Shown: positions 19,507 through 29,777, counted from the stretch's first letter. The stretch: DNA of 64,000 nt from Candidatus Latescibacterota bacterium (GCA_965248355.1 OZ252098.1:1376001-1440000); one strand, 5' to 3'. Notes: generated from the letters alone by a model not told the origin. Numbers and translations: made by a program.

Positions 19507-20871
19507 GGCTCATCCGGGATTACTGTGGGTAGCCCCAACATGTTGTGGTCGCGGGTAGAGGTCGAGTCCGCCGCAATGGAAGTAGATGGCGGTCTGGAAG
19601 TTCGTGCGGTTGCGATAGCCTCGGGCCAGGCGCTTGACCTTCTCCACCTGGGCGTTCACCGCCTCGTTGAGGGCGTTGGTGATCCGGTGTCGCAGGTAGG
19701 TCAGGATGTTGTCCAGGCGCCGCTTCAGCGTGCGGGCCACGGCGATCACCGGCGGCAGACGGCTATGGGTGGCCCAGAAGTACCAGCGTCGGAAGAAGCG
19801 ACGGGCCCACCCTTCCCGGCGGTAGGTCCACAGCTGGCGCAGATTCTCCTTCAGGGCCCAAGCGCGGCTGACCTGCAGGTCCATGGACCGCAACTCCTCG
19901 AACCGGGGCAGCAGGGCCTCGGGGATCCGGTCGGGGTGGTAGAGCCACAGATACTTGGTCCCCGTGAGGCACCTCGTCGTGCTGGGCCCGCAGCTTCTTG
20001 TGTTCTTGGCGGCGCACCCGGTCGACGGCCTCATTCATCAGTCGCAGGACGTGGAACTTGTCGAACACGATCTTGTCCTGGGCGTCGGGCACCCAGGCTT
20101 TCACGGCCGCGATGTAGGGGTCGTGCATGTCCAGGCAGATGGCCTCGATCCGCTCCAACTCCTCTTCGTCGAAGGGGAGGAAATACGCCTCCAGACTCTC
20201 CCGGCCCCGACCGTCGGCCACGTGTTCCACGCTCTGGGTCTGCAGGTCGCAGACCAGGGTCATGTACCGGTGGCGCTTGGCGAAGGCCTTCTCGTCGACG
20301 CCGAGATGGACCGGCACCTTCCACACCTTACGGCGCTGACCCCGGTCCACGGCGCGGCCCATGACCCCCCCACAGCGATCCCAACTGAGCCCGGTGAGGC
20401 GGCTCACCGCCTCGAGGCTGCACTCCTTGGCCAAGTCGATGACGTGGGCCTCCAGGGCCCGGGTCAGACCCGAGCCGGGCTCGGCCCACTCGGAGGCGAT
20501 GGAGAGCACGCCGTGGACCCGGCACTGGACCCGGGGCAGGCGGGTATGGACGTAGGTCGGCAGATCGCAGGTGTCCAGATGGCGCCATTCCCGCTCGGGG
20601 GCATGGTCGTAAACGGGACACCAAGCGTCACAGCGCGGGCAGCGCATTTTGACCCCGCGCTCATGGTCCACGTAGACATCGACCCGCTCCTGGTCCTGGA
20701 ACCGCACCTCGAGCACGATCCAGGGGCGCTCGATGCGAAGCAGACGGGCATAGAACTGCTTGAGGTCGTCCATGGGCGGCCCTCCCCGATGGCGGTGGCA
20801 AGGGACTGCGAGGCTCGATCCCTATGATACCACAACATCTTGGGGGTCCCCACTCTCAACCCGGATGAGCC
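19507..20871 (-). mobile_element. ISL3-family element
   Basis: Terminal IRs GGCTCATCCGGG...; 8-bp target duplication AGGAATCT at 19499-19506 and 20872-20879. Confidence 0.95.
19510..20773 (-). pseudogene. ISL3 transposase, frameshifted near 19970
   Basis: CPRC, WRHLD, PRV.C..HG, LGVDE, DMH.PY, FDKFHV in ORF 19763..20773; continues TKYLWL...ITNA..EA.N..V...KR.ARGYRN in ORF 19510..20034. Confidence 0.9.
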
Positions 20872-21291
20872 AGGAATCTACGCTGGCGTTCCCCCCCGCG
20901 TCCATGCCCAGTTGGGAGACCTTGGAAGGCTGGGCTCGCTCTCAGATCCAGGACCTGCTGCAGCGAGTGTTGGAGGAGGAGGTGACCGAAGTGCTGGGGC
21001 GCACGCGGTATGCGCGCCGATCGGCGGTGGACGGCCCTCCGGGCTCGCGCAACGGCTATGGCAAGCCGCGGCGGCTGTCCCTGATGTCGGGCACCATCGA
21101 GGTAAGACGGCCGCGGGTCCGGGGGCTGGAAGAGCGCTTTGAGAGCCGCATCCTGCCGCTGTTCCAGCGACGCACCCGCGAGGTGACCCAGCTGTTGCCC
21201 GAGCTCTACCTGCACGGGCTGTCGCAGGGCGACTGGAGTTGCCCCCGTTTGGTGGACATCCCCGATATTTGGGCAAAAGGAGGATGTCCTC

Positions 21292-21606
21292 ATGCCACAG
21301 TCTCACCGTCCGTATCCGCCTGAGTTCCGCCAGCAGATGGTCGAGCTGGTGAGAGCCGGGCGGACCCCCGAGCAGTTGAGCCAGGAGTTCGAGCCCTCGT
21401 CCCAGGCGATTCGCAACTGGGTGCGCCAGGCGGATCGCGACGAGGGGCGGGGAGCCGAGGGAGTCACCCGCGCCGAGCGGGACGAGTTGCGGCGCCTGCG
21501 CCGGGAGAACAAGCGCCTGCGCACGGAGCGGGAGATTCTGTCAAAAGCCGCCACCTGGTTCGCTCGGGAGGCCGATTCGAGGTCGTCGAGGTCTTCGGAT
21601 TCGTGA
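21292..21606 (+). CDS. IS3 transposase OrfA
   Basis: YPPEFRQQMVELVRAG...IRNWVRQ...ELRRLRREN..L..EREIL.KA..WFA. Confidence 0.93.
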   Translation: MPQSHRPYPPEFRQQMVELVRAGRTPEQLSQEFEPSSQAIRNWVRQADRDEGRGAEGVTRAERDELRRLRRENKRLRTEREILSKAATWFAREADSRSSRSSDS

Positions 21607-23282
21607 GCGCTCACCAGGATCAGTATCCCATCGCCACCATGTGCCGCGTCCTGGGCGTCTCCCCCAGCGGGTACTATGCGTGGCGCCGCCGGCAGCCGTC
21701 GGCGCGCTCCTTGTCCGATGCGCAGTTGACGCCCTTGATCGACCAGGTCCACACGTGGTCGCGAGGCACCTACGGGGTGCCGCGCATGGTCCGGGAGTTG
21801 AGAGCTCGCGGACAGCCCGTCAACCCCAAGCGCGTGGCTCGCCTGATGCGGGAGGCCGGCTTGCAGGGCGTCAGCCGCCGCAAGTCGACGTGTACCACGC
21901 GGCGCGACGCGGACGCTCCGGCGGCGCCCGACCTGGTCGACCGCGACTTCGCGGCGGCCGGTCCGGACGCGTTGTGGGTGGCGGACATCGAGCGCCACGA
22001 GGCGCTGTGGCACCGTGCGGTGGTGAAAGGCCACCGCCTTCAGTCCGTCGCAGCGGGCTGACGTAGCTGAGGGCAGCCGGATCCCAGGGGACGCGGGAGA
22101 AGGCGACAAGCCGCCCTGACAAAGCCGGGACGGACCAGCACCGTCAGATGGGCCGGGTCCGGCGAGCGAGACAGGAAGGTGTACGCAAGGAACCAGTGTC
22201 AAACGCCCCTCAGGAGACCCACCAGCTCGAACCTGACGGATCCGGGCTGGGTTGCGGTGCGCACTGGCACCGGAGTGGTGCCGGAAACTCCCGCGTCGGT
22301 CGATGTCGCCGGCAGGGAGGCCACGGGGAAGGACTGCGGCGTAACCGTGGCGATACCGCAGGGGCATAGTTGGGCACCTCCCCTGTCGAACGGTGGAACA
22401 GGGAACGTGGGAACCCTCCCAGCGGCCCCACCCCGGTCCGCTTCGGGCGGACCGGCGGGAAGGCTCGTCGCCAGCTGATGCCGAGGGGAGGGGGCGGAGG
22501 GGCCGTAGTAGTCCGAGGCCGGGAAAGCCGGTCACATGGCGAAGGACCCCAGCGTGTTCGCAGCCACGATACATCCCATGGAGGCCGCTGATGAACATCG
22601 GCGCACCGTGGCCCGACCTCGAAGAGGCCGAGCCCCGGGTACGAGGAATGCAATCGAAGCTGCACCAGTGGGCGGTGGCCACTGAGCCGCCACCCATCGG
22701 CATGAACACGGGGAGAGCCGGATGCGGCGAGAGTCGCACGTCCGGTTCGGAGGGCGGACCGCAGAAACCCACTCGTTGCGAAACGAACAGGGCGCTGCGG
22801 TCCGACCCTACACCTACGTGCCGACGTGGTCTGGATTCCTGTATCTGGCCGTGGTCCTGGACGCCTGGAGCCGGCGCGTGGTGGGGTGGGCCATGGCCGG
22901 TCATCTGCGGACGGAGTTGGTCGTGCAGGCCTTGGACATGGCCCTCGGGCAACGACGTCGTCCGGAGGGGGTGATTCATCACTCGGATCAGGGATGCCAG
23001 TATTCGTCGCTGGCCTTCGGGCGCCGTTGCCGGGAGGCCGGGGTGCGGCCGTCGAGGGGCTCGGTGGGCGACTGCTACGACAACGCCCTGTGTGAGAGCT
23101 TCTTCGCCACCCTCGAGTGTGAGCTGCTCGACCGTCGCTGCTTCCCGACGCATGAGGTCGCCCGCCGCGAGATTTTTGACTACATCGAGTCTTGGTACAA
23201 CCGGCATCGCCGTCACTCGGCCCTCAACTACGAATCGCCGATGAACTTCGAACGCGCCCATGTCCAGCCGCAGGTTGCCTGA
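21603..23282 (+). CDS. IS3 transposase OrfB (exons 21603-21989 and 22812-23282; 285 aa after splicing)
   Basis: MCRVLGVS.SGYY, YG.PRM, LWVADI|TYVPT..GFLYLAVVLD.WSRRVVGW, HHSDQG.QY, DNA..ESFFATL; both exons are in phase and open. Confidence 0.88.
21990..22811 (+). ncRNA. Group II intron lacking its RT/maturase ORF (822 nt)
   Basis: 5' GAGCG; DV GAGCCGGATGCGGCGAGAGTCGCACGTCCGGTTC at 22715-22748; DVI with bulged A at 22805 and AC 3' end. EBS1 GATGTC (22302-22307) pairs with IBS1 GACATC; EBS2 ACCCAC (22217-22222) pairs with GTGGGT. Confidence 0.92.
22591..22704 (+). pseudogene. Vestige of the intron-encoded protein (about 30 N-terminal codons)
   Basis: GGAGG RBS, then MNIGAPWPDLEEAEPRVRGMQSKLHQWA, resembling intron-RT N-termini; no RT motifs follow before DV. 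Confidence 0.7.
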
Positions 23283-24399
23283 TGCGGGATCTGTTCGCCA
23301 TGAAGCGGATCTTCCCGGGCCCTCCCGGGACCAGCCGGTGCTCTCCCGACCACCCGGTCTCTCGCACCGGGCCGGGGCGCCACACCGGTACCCCGAGCTC
23401 CACCCGGGCTCCGGGGCCGGGGTACTCCCACTCTACAACTTCCACATTCGGCAAAACCTGCCGAAAGCACTTAACTGTCCACCGTACGGGGGTAGCTCCA
23501 GACTTCGAGTTGGCCTTGCGGGGTCTGCTGGGGGGCGCCCCTGTCGGCCTCGTCCATCGCCCGTCTGCGGGCCACGTGGGAAGAGCAGTTCGAGACCTGG
23601 CAGCAGCGGCGGCTGGACGACCGGGAGTTGGTCTACGCTTGGGCCGACGGTATCTACGTGAAGGCCGGCCTGGAGAAGGACAAGGCGGCGTTGCTGGTCG
23701 TCATCGGAGCCCTGAGCGACGGCCGCAAGGAGATCCTGGCGATCCGTGCTGCGCGATCTTCGGGACCGCGGGCTGCCGGCGCCGCGGTTGGTGCTGGCCG
23801 ATGGCGGCCTGCCGATCTGGAGCGCCGTCGACCAGGTCTGGCCCGAGGCCGCGCAGCAGCGCTGCTGGAATCACAAGATCCTCAACGTGCTCAACGACCT
23901 GCCCAAGCGCGTGCAAGGCGCCGCCCGGGCGCTGCTGACGCAGATCCCCACGGCCAAGACCCGTCTGCAAGCCCAGAGACGACGCGACCGCTTCGTGGCC
24001 CGCTACGGCGAGGCCTATCCGGCCGCGTCGGCCACCCTCGAGCGCGACTGGGAGCGCATGGTCACGTTTTGCGACTTCCCGGAGGCGCACTGGAGGCACC
24101 TGCGCACCACCAATCCGGTGGAGAGCCCCTTTGCCTCGGTCCGTTTGCGGACCAACGCGGGCAAACGCTACAAGCGGGTACAGGGAGCCACCGCCCTCAT
24201 CTGACGCGTGCTGAGGGTGGCCGAGACACGATTCCGCAAGCTCAACGCGCCGGAGCTCCTGCCGGCGGTCTACGCCGGACGGAGATGCCAGGACGGCCAA
24301 CCCGTCCAAGGGTTGTCCTCCACCGAGGAAGGAATCAAGAGGGCCGCCTGATCTCGTTTACACACCTTTTGACAGGACCTCCCGTCAGCGATTTGCCTG

Positions 24400-24562
24400 A
24401 CGCCGCTGCAGGCCTTCAAGAAGGGGGTCCCAACCAAGCCCCGAGCCAAGGAGGCTGCCATGCAGAAAATCGCCGCCTAACCCTCATCCCCGAGCAGGGG
24501 CGAGTGTCAGGTCATTACCGTCACTGTAAACCCCGAGCCCAGGTCATTACCATCACTGCACA
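24400..24562 (+). mobile_element. Probable IS481-like right-end remnant with a duplicated terminal motif
   Basis: TPLQAFKKG...KIAA* tail, then CAGGTCATTACCRTCACTGYAMA twice (24508-24530, 24540-24562). Confidence 0.5.
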
Positions 24563-24564
24563 CC

Positions 24565-24727
24565 AGTTCGTTAACCCTCTGGCGCTCGCGCAGGGCCTCC
24601 AGAGCCACCTTGGCTCCTTGACCTGTGCCGAATGCGTCTTCTTCCTCGCCATCCAGGCCCCTCCGGACAGTGGTTCGGTGCACGCAAAGTCTCGCTTAAC
24701 CACCTGTCCAGGACTTGGGGTGCATCA
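24565..24727 (-). mobile_element. IS3-family left-end remnant
   Basis: TGATGCACCCCAAGTCCTGGACA end, then a frameshifted OrfA start MARKKTHSAQVK..KVALEALRERQRVNEL. Confidence 0.65.
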
Positions 24728-25906
24728 CTGCCGCCGAGTTCTACCTGCGTTCTCACACAAAGACCGCAGTTCCTTAACTCGATCCAGCATGTCCAGATCC
24801 CTGTAGGCATTCATCGCACCGTGCCATTGGGAAATGGCCTCTGGCACTCTGCCTATCCGGACGAGAAAGTAACCAAGGCTTGAACGCGAGTGTGCCACTC
24901 CCTCCTGATTCCCCTCTAGTTGGAAAGCCTGCACTGCGGCACGCCACAGCTTCTCCGCCTCTCTCACATCCCCGCTTTCAGTACTTAATGATGCTGCGCG
25001 CGCATACACCACTGCCGGTGCCCTCTCCCCCGCAGCCTCGTAAGAGTGTAATGCTTCAATCACCAGTCGGTCCGCTCTACGGGCCTCCCCTGATCTATCA
25101 CATATCCAGGCTAACCTCACGGCCGCCACTGCAACGTGCAATGGGCGCTGCAGAAGTCGCAAGACCCTGAGTGCTTCCTCGAACCTGCCCCGAGCCGACT
25201 CCCACTCCCCCCGTTCTGCGTGAATGTTGCCAATCTGCAAAGCCGTTAGGCCTTGAACGACCGACGGCTCCGCGTCTCTCAGCAGAGAGATCGCTCTGAG
25301 TAGAGCGCGCTCTGCCTCAGTCTCTCGCGATGACTCTAGGAAAAGCATGGCCAAGTCATGATATCCTCCACCCCTTGCCTCCTTACTCTCCTGTAGGCGG
25401 ATCGCTGCCCTTAGCCGCTTCTCTGCCTCCAGCAGGCGACCCTGCCGTCGATATACATTGCCCAAGTTCTGTTCATCTACGGCCTGTGCGGCTCGATCTC
25501 CAACCCCTCGGTGCCATTCGAGTGCGTATCCATGAAAAAGCTCCGCATCGTCCAAGTTCCCCTCAGAGCTTGCCAGCCATCCTAGGAAGCTGTAGTTGGC
25601 GGCAAGCCGGCCCTTGTCCTCTAGGTTCTTGTTGATCTCATAGGACTCCCAGACAAACTTCTCCGCCTGGATGCGGTTTCCTCGAGCCTCCTCTAGGTAG
25701 GCAAGCTCCAGGCACGCATCCGCAAAAATCCGCATCTCCTTCCCTTCAGAGGCAATCTCTCGGACTCTGCTCGCAAGCTCAGAACACCTTGCTAGGCCCC
25801 CCGCTTGCCTCTCTTGCTCCGCCTCCTTCAACCACTCCCTCAATTGCTGGACAGAACCAGATACGCGCTCCCTCTCAAGCCTTCGTGATTTGATGGATCG
25901 ACTCAC
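24725..25906 (-). CDS. Tetratricopeptide-repeat protein
   Basis: Repeated A...LG.VY...G....AE.....A helical motifs over about 350 aa; lower GC than the flanks. Confidence 0.8.
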   Translation of the reverse strand: MSRSIKSRRLERERVSGSVQQLREWLKEAEQERQAGGLARCSELASRVREIASEGKEMRIFADACLELAYLEEARGNRIQAEKFVWESYEINKNLEDKGRLAANYSFLGWLASSEGNLDDAELFHGYALEWHRGVGDRAAQAVDEQNLGNVYRRQGRLLEAEKRLRAAIRLQESKEARGGGYHDLAMLFLESSRETEAERALLRAISLLRDAEPSVVQGLTALQIGNIHAERGEWESARGRFEEALRVLRLLQRPLHVAVAAVRLAWICDRSGEARRADRLVIEALHSYEAAGERAPAVVYARAASLSTESGDVREAEKLWRAAVQAFQLEGNQEGVAHSRSSLGYFLVRIGRVPEAISQWHGAMNAYRDLDMLDRVKELRSLCENAGRTRRQ

Positions 25907-26434
25907 TGTCTATTGCCCATAGCCCAAACTGACTGCGAAGATTGGACATTCCGCTACGTCGAGGATACCTGGCGTTCTTGAAGAAAAAGAGAAGAGAGGA
26001 TGGCCTCTTCCTTTGGGACGAAGAGTTGCACGGGGACGGAATGAACACGGGCTACCCACCAGCAACCCCACCCTGAGGACGCTCACCGCTTGCCGGCATT
26101 CGCACTGACCCGTCTGAGCCGGACTTCGGCGCCGTCGATGGCGGAACGATTCTCAAGCAAGCGGCCGGTCCATGCGAACCCGCCGTCGGGGAGAGCTCCT
26201 GCGGTGCGGACCATGAATCCGGGTGGGAGTGCTACAAGCGAGTCCAGAGGGCGACGAGCTCTCATGTGCCGGGTCCTGAGAGTGGAGCAACGATTCCGGA
26301 AGCCCAACGCCCGCGAAACTCTTGGCTGCAGATCTGCGCCGGTCGGAGATACCAAAGGCGGCCAACCGTTCCAGCAGGGGGCCTCAACCAAGGAACGAAG
26401 TCGAGGGTCGCCCGATCTCCTTCTTGGCCACACC

Positions 26435-27952
26435 TCAGAACGGCGTCCAATCTGGGTCCCTGTCTTCCCCAGGATGGTCGACAATATGCTCTTCGGCACC
26501 CCCCCCTATCGAGATCACGTAGATATCAGAAGCCCCTCCGTCTGCCGAGGAATAACCTGCGAAAGCTACCCGTGTGCCATCCGGTGCCCATGTGGGCGAC
26601 CTTCTCAAGGACCTATCGACAGTGAGTTGTCTGGCCCCTCCGCCATCGGCCGCCATTACCCACACATGGCTCTCGGCGGGCCTGAGCTGCTCGATAAAAG
26701 CGATTTGTGTGCCGTCAGGCGACCAGGAAGGATCCCAGACAGGCCAGTCGTTGGTGGAGAGGCGCCGGACATCACCGCTTGGTAGCTGAATGCGAAAGAT
26801 GGCCGAGAGGGTGTCCCGCAAGCTGACATAGGCGATGGACCGGCCGTCCGGTGACCACCTCGGATTGAAGGCACTCACCGGATCAATGGTTAGCTGCTCG
26901 GCGTCGGTGCCGTCGGCCTTCATCACAAAGATATCCGTGTTGTAGAAGCCACTTCCTTTCCGTTGCTCGCGCTCACCGTGACGATCCGATGCGAAGGCGA
27001 TTAGCCGACCGTCAGGCGACCAGCAGGGATGCCCGTCCCACGCCTCGTGCTGGGTGAGGTTTATCGGCTGGCTGCCATCGGCGCGCATCAGGTAGATCTC
27101 GGCGTTCCCATCCCTAAACGAAGTAAATGTCACTCTCAACCCGTCAGGCGACCGAGATGGATGAACTCCGTTCCCCGCCCCCGCTCCGTTTGGAGCAGGC
27201 TTCGTGCTATCCGGTTGCGAGCCATCCGATAGGGCGGTCATACTCAGAGCGGCGGACAGATCGGTGACCTCTCCTGTCTCCAGATCGAGAGAGTATAGTT
27301 CGAGATCGCCTCCAGGGATCGACCCGCTCCGCCGGCTTGAAGAGAACAGCAACTGCGTCTCCCTCAAAGGCGCGACATCGTCATTGGTGAAGCCTGACCA
27401 CTCCGGGGGTGCCTCGAAGTCCACGGTGACGCCCCGTTCACGCAACCCGGCCAGAAAGACCGCCGTTTCCCTGCTCAGCGGATTGCCAGCCAAACCCAGG
27501 CTCTGGAGGCTGTCCAGTCCCGCCACCGCCGACACATCCCGCACCCCATTGTCCGCTAGCAGCAGCACCTGCAACCGCTTGAGCGACGCCAGCGCCGAAA
27601 TGTCCTCGATCCGGTTGCTCTCCAGATCGAGAAAGCGAAGCTGCTGCAGTCCAGCCAGGGGAGAGATGTCGATGATCTCGTTGTGGGAGAGGTCCAGGGC
27701 CTCGAGCCGCGTAAGCTGTTCGATCCCGCCCAACTCGGCGATGCCCCGGTCCTCGGCACTCAGGGCGGTCATCTCCGCGCCCGCTTCAGACTCATGGACC
27801 GCCGCCTGCAGCGCCGAGTCCCGGAAGGCTAAGGCAACTCGGCCGGTTCCACCCGGGTCGGGTCCGCCTGGTCCACGACGGCTTGACTCGCAGCACGTAA
27901 GGGCGATCAATACAAGAAACCCCGTTGCCTTGATGCCCCATGTCGGCGCCAT
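26435..27952 (-). CDS. Exported (possibly lipo-) protein with internalin-type LRRs and a TolB-like PD40 beta-propeller
   Basis: Hydrophobic N-terminus ending LTCC; L..L..L.L..N.I.DIS.L repeats; multiple P.WSPDG..IAF repeats. Confidence 0.88.
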   Translation of the reverse strand: MAPTWGIKATGFLVLIALTCCESSRRGPGGPDPGGTGRVALAFRDSALQAAVHESEAGAEMTALSAEDRGIAELGGIEQLTRLEALDLSHNEIIDISPLAGLQQLRFLDLESNRIEDISALASLKRLQVLLLADNGVRDVSAVAGLDSLQSLGLAGNPLSRETAVFLAGLRERGVTVDFEAPPEWSGFTNDDVAPLRETQLLFSSSRRSGSIPGGDLELYSLDLETGEVTDLSAALSMTALSDGSQPDSTKPAPNGAGAGNGVHPSRSPDGLRVTFTSFRDGNAEIYLMRADGSQPINLTQHEAWDGHPCWSPDGRLIAFASDRHGEREQRKGSGFYNTDIFVMKADGTDAEQLTIDPVSAFNPRWSPDGRSIAYVSLRDTLSAIFRIQLPSGDVRRLSTNDWPVWDPSWSPDGTQIAFIEQLRPAESHVWVMAADGGGARQLTVDRSLRRSPTWAPDGTRVAFAGYSSADGGASDIYVISIGGGAEEHIVDHPGEDRDPDWTPF

Positions 27953-28124
27953 GTTTGGGGCAATTCCAGACTTGCCCCTACAGGCGTCTTCTTCTCTCCC
28001 CCCGTGCGTCCCTTTCCGAAACCGTCTTGAACCCGTACAAATTGGATACAAGCCGATCATGCGGGGACCTCATGCCGATGGCTGGAACCCGCACTCGAGG
28101 GTACCCCTCCCACCTCGCTCTTCC

Positions 28125-29777
28125 TTAGAAGCTTCCACACTCCGGTTCCTCTATGTCCAATACGAAGCCTAGCTGAGTTGCTAGGCCTCGTCGCACTTCC
28201 CCAAGCCCTGCTCTAATCTCGGACGCTCTCACTCTCCGGGCAATTCGGCCATCTAGCCTAGCTATCAGGCTAATCGAATCTTCCGTCGCGCTCCCCTCCT
28301 CCCCCAACGAATGAAGAACCTCCCGCAGCAATGCAGTTCCCTCTAGGACCCGAAGCCGTGGATTTCTCTTTGCCCTAGCAAGCAATTCCTCTCTGCGCTG
28401 GACCGTCTCTTCTCTTCCTGCTCCAACGGGTACTAGGCTCCTGTATAGAGAATCAACCGAGACTCCCCTAGCCTCCGCTGCCGCTCCTACTGCGTATGCT
28501 TCCGCAAACTGACTAGTCGCCCTAACTATCTCCCGGTACACCATGTGATCGTGTTCACACACTTCCTCCATAGGTAGATCTGATGTTGAAACAGTCCCCT
28601 TCGCAGATACCGCAAGGGTATCAAGGCGCCGACTCGTGGCCAGCAGCCCTGGTCCATCGCCTTCCACCGCACGTGCCATGCTAGCCCTCAAGACCCCGAC
28701 CGTAATCTCACCGCGCACTCTCCTACCATTGACAAAAACGGTGGGCGTAGCACGAACGTCACATGCATGCCCAATTGCCATGTGGACACTTAGAGCATCG
28801 CTCAATTCTCCCTTGTCTCGCACCTCTTCATAGCCCTGCGAAGCTATCCCTGACTCCTCTATCACATCCCAAACGACGCCTTGATCAAGCATCCCTCGAT
28901 GGCCCATCAGACGGTCATGGAATTGCCAAAACACTCCCCGTTCCTCTGCAAAAATGGCCGCCTCATGCGCCGGAAAGGCGTTCTCATGAAAGGGTAGGGG
29001 AAAATGGATCAGTTCAAGCCTGACCATTCCCGGATCCTCACTAGCTAACACTTGCACCACGGAGTCAGCCCTAGCGCAGAACGGGCACTCGTAGTCGTAG
29101 AACACGGTCAATCTAATGGGCGCTCCGACGTCGCCAAACCCTGGGGCCACCTCCACCGGGCTTCCGAGGGCCTCACACCTAGGGCCCAGGGGTCGCCTTA
29201 TCAGATACCGCACACCAAAGCTCTCGCGAAGCTTGCGCAGAAGAGAAGCTCTCTCACTCCGCAAGTACTTTGCCGTCAGGGCCTCACGCACCAAGACTAG
29301 GAACCCCCGACTGGGATCATCCCAAACTCCCAGCCGGCTCAACAGCCGTCCCCGCTCCCTAGCGCTTGACGTATCAAACCTTCCTGAGGACCTCAGATCC
29401 TCAATAATCCCCCACAGCCGCTTTTCCACCTCGACATGAATTGCACTTCCCAGATTGTTGGCGGCCAGCTCATCGGAGAACAGAACGGAATCCACTAGCT
29501 CCACTTGGCGATCGAAGATCGAGTCCTTCGTGGAAATCACCCGAGCATCCTGCACCATCTCTTCATAAATTTCCAGGTCACCTACTCGGCCCACAAACCG
29601 AGACTCAGCGAAGCTCCGCACTCCCGACCCCGAGCCTGCCAAGAGCAAAACGACCAGCCACACCAACGGCAGCCGGCCCACTCGACCTCCTGGAGTGAGA
29701 AACGCCCGGAAATACCTACCCGCCTCTCCGCAGCAATGCCGATGCCCATGGTTCACCTTCCCCCTGGCTTCTTCCAT
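28125..29777 (-). CDS. DsbA-family thiol-disulfide oxidoreductase with long helical extensions
   Basis: FYDYECPFC, HFPLPFHENA, FWQFHD.L, V.ATPTVFVNGR; hydrophobic signal-like segment. The start is uncertain. Confidence 0.85.
   Translation of the reverse strand: MEEARGKVNHGHRHCCGEAGRYFRAFLTPGGRVGRLPLVWLVVLLLAGSGSGVRSFAESRFVGRVGDLEIYEEMVQDARVISTKDSIFDRQVELVDSVLFSDELAANNLGSAIHVEVEKRLWGIIEDLRSSGRFDTSSARERGRLLSRLGVWDDPSRGFLVLVREALTAKYLRSERASLLRKLRESFGVRYLIRRPLGPRCEALGSPVEVAPGFGDVGAPIRLTVFYDYECPFCARADSVVQVLASEDPGMVRLELIHFPLPFHENAFPAHEAAIFAEERGVFWQFHDRLMGHRGMLDQGVVWDVIEESGIASQGYEEVRDKGELSDALSVHMAIGHACDVRATPTVFVNGRRVRGEITVGVLRASMARAVEGDGPGLLATSRRLDTLAVSAKGTVSTSDLPMEEVCEHDHMVYREIVRATSQFAEAYAVGAAAEARGVSVDSLYRSLVPVGAGREETVQRREELLARAKRNPRLRVLEGTALLREVLHSLGEEGSATEDSISLIARLDGRIARRVRASEIRAGLGEVRRGLATQLGFVLDIEEPECGSF

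Larger units (their letters stand above)
21234..23500 (+). mobile_element. IS3-family element carrying a group II intron
   Basis: IRs TGGAGTTGCCCCCGTTTGGTGGACA and (rc) TGGAGCTACCCCCGTACGGTGGACA; 3-bp duplication GAC. Confidence 0.95.
19495..24351 (+). pseudogene. IS256 transposase in three pieces (19495-19506, 20880-21233, 23504-24351) with frameshifts and an internal stop
   Basis: MKES|TLAF...RNGYGKPR...RPRVR...LYLHGLSQGD|FELALRGLLG...YAWADGIYVKAG...QRCWNHK...LRTTNPVESPFA. Confidence 0.9.
19384..24381 (+). mobile_element. IS256-family element, disrupted by ISL3 and IS3 insertions
   Basis: Inverted ends GAGCTACTATCGAAAGGTGTGGAAA and (rc) GAGGTCCTGTCAAAAGGTGTGTAAA; imperfect flanking repeat CCGTCA(T/G). 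Confidence 0.85.

Noticed and set aside
22015..22019. Canonical GTGCG as the intron 5' end
   Set aside because: Using it leaves 25 extra nt that break the orfB frame and the WVADITY motif. EBS1 pairs with the hexamer before 21990, supporting GAGCG.
21990..22811. Retron, DGR or autonomous retroelement
   Set aside because: No reverse transcriptase motifs were found anywhere in the window; the RNA features are those of a group II intron.
24508..24562. Mini CRISPR array
   Set aside because: Only two 23-bp copies with a 9-bp gap and no cas genes; better explained as duplicated IS ends.
26083..26499. 138-aa ORF between the TPR and TolB-like genes
   Set aside because: It overlaps the TolB-like gene end and has no clear start or motif; possibly a gene scrap.
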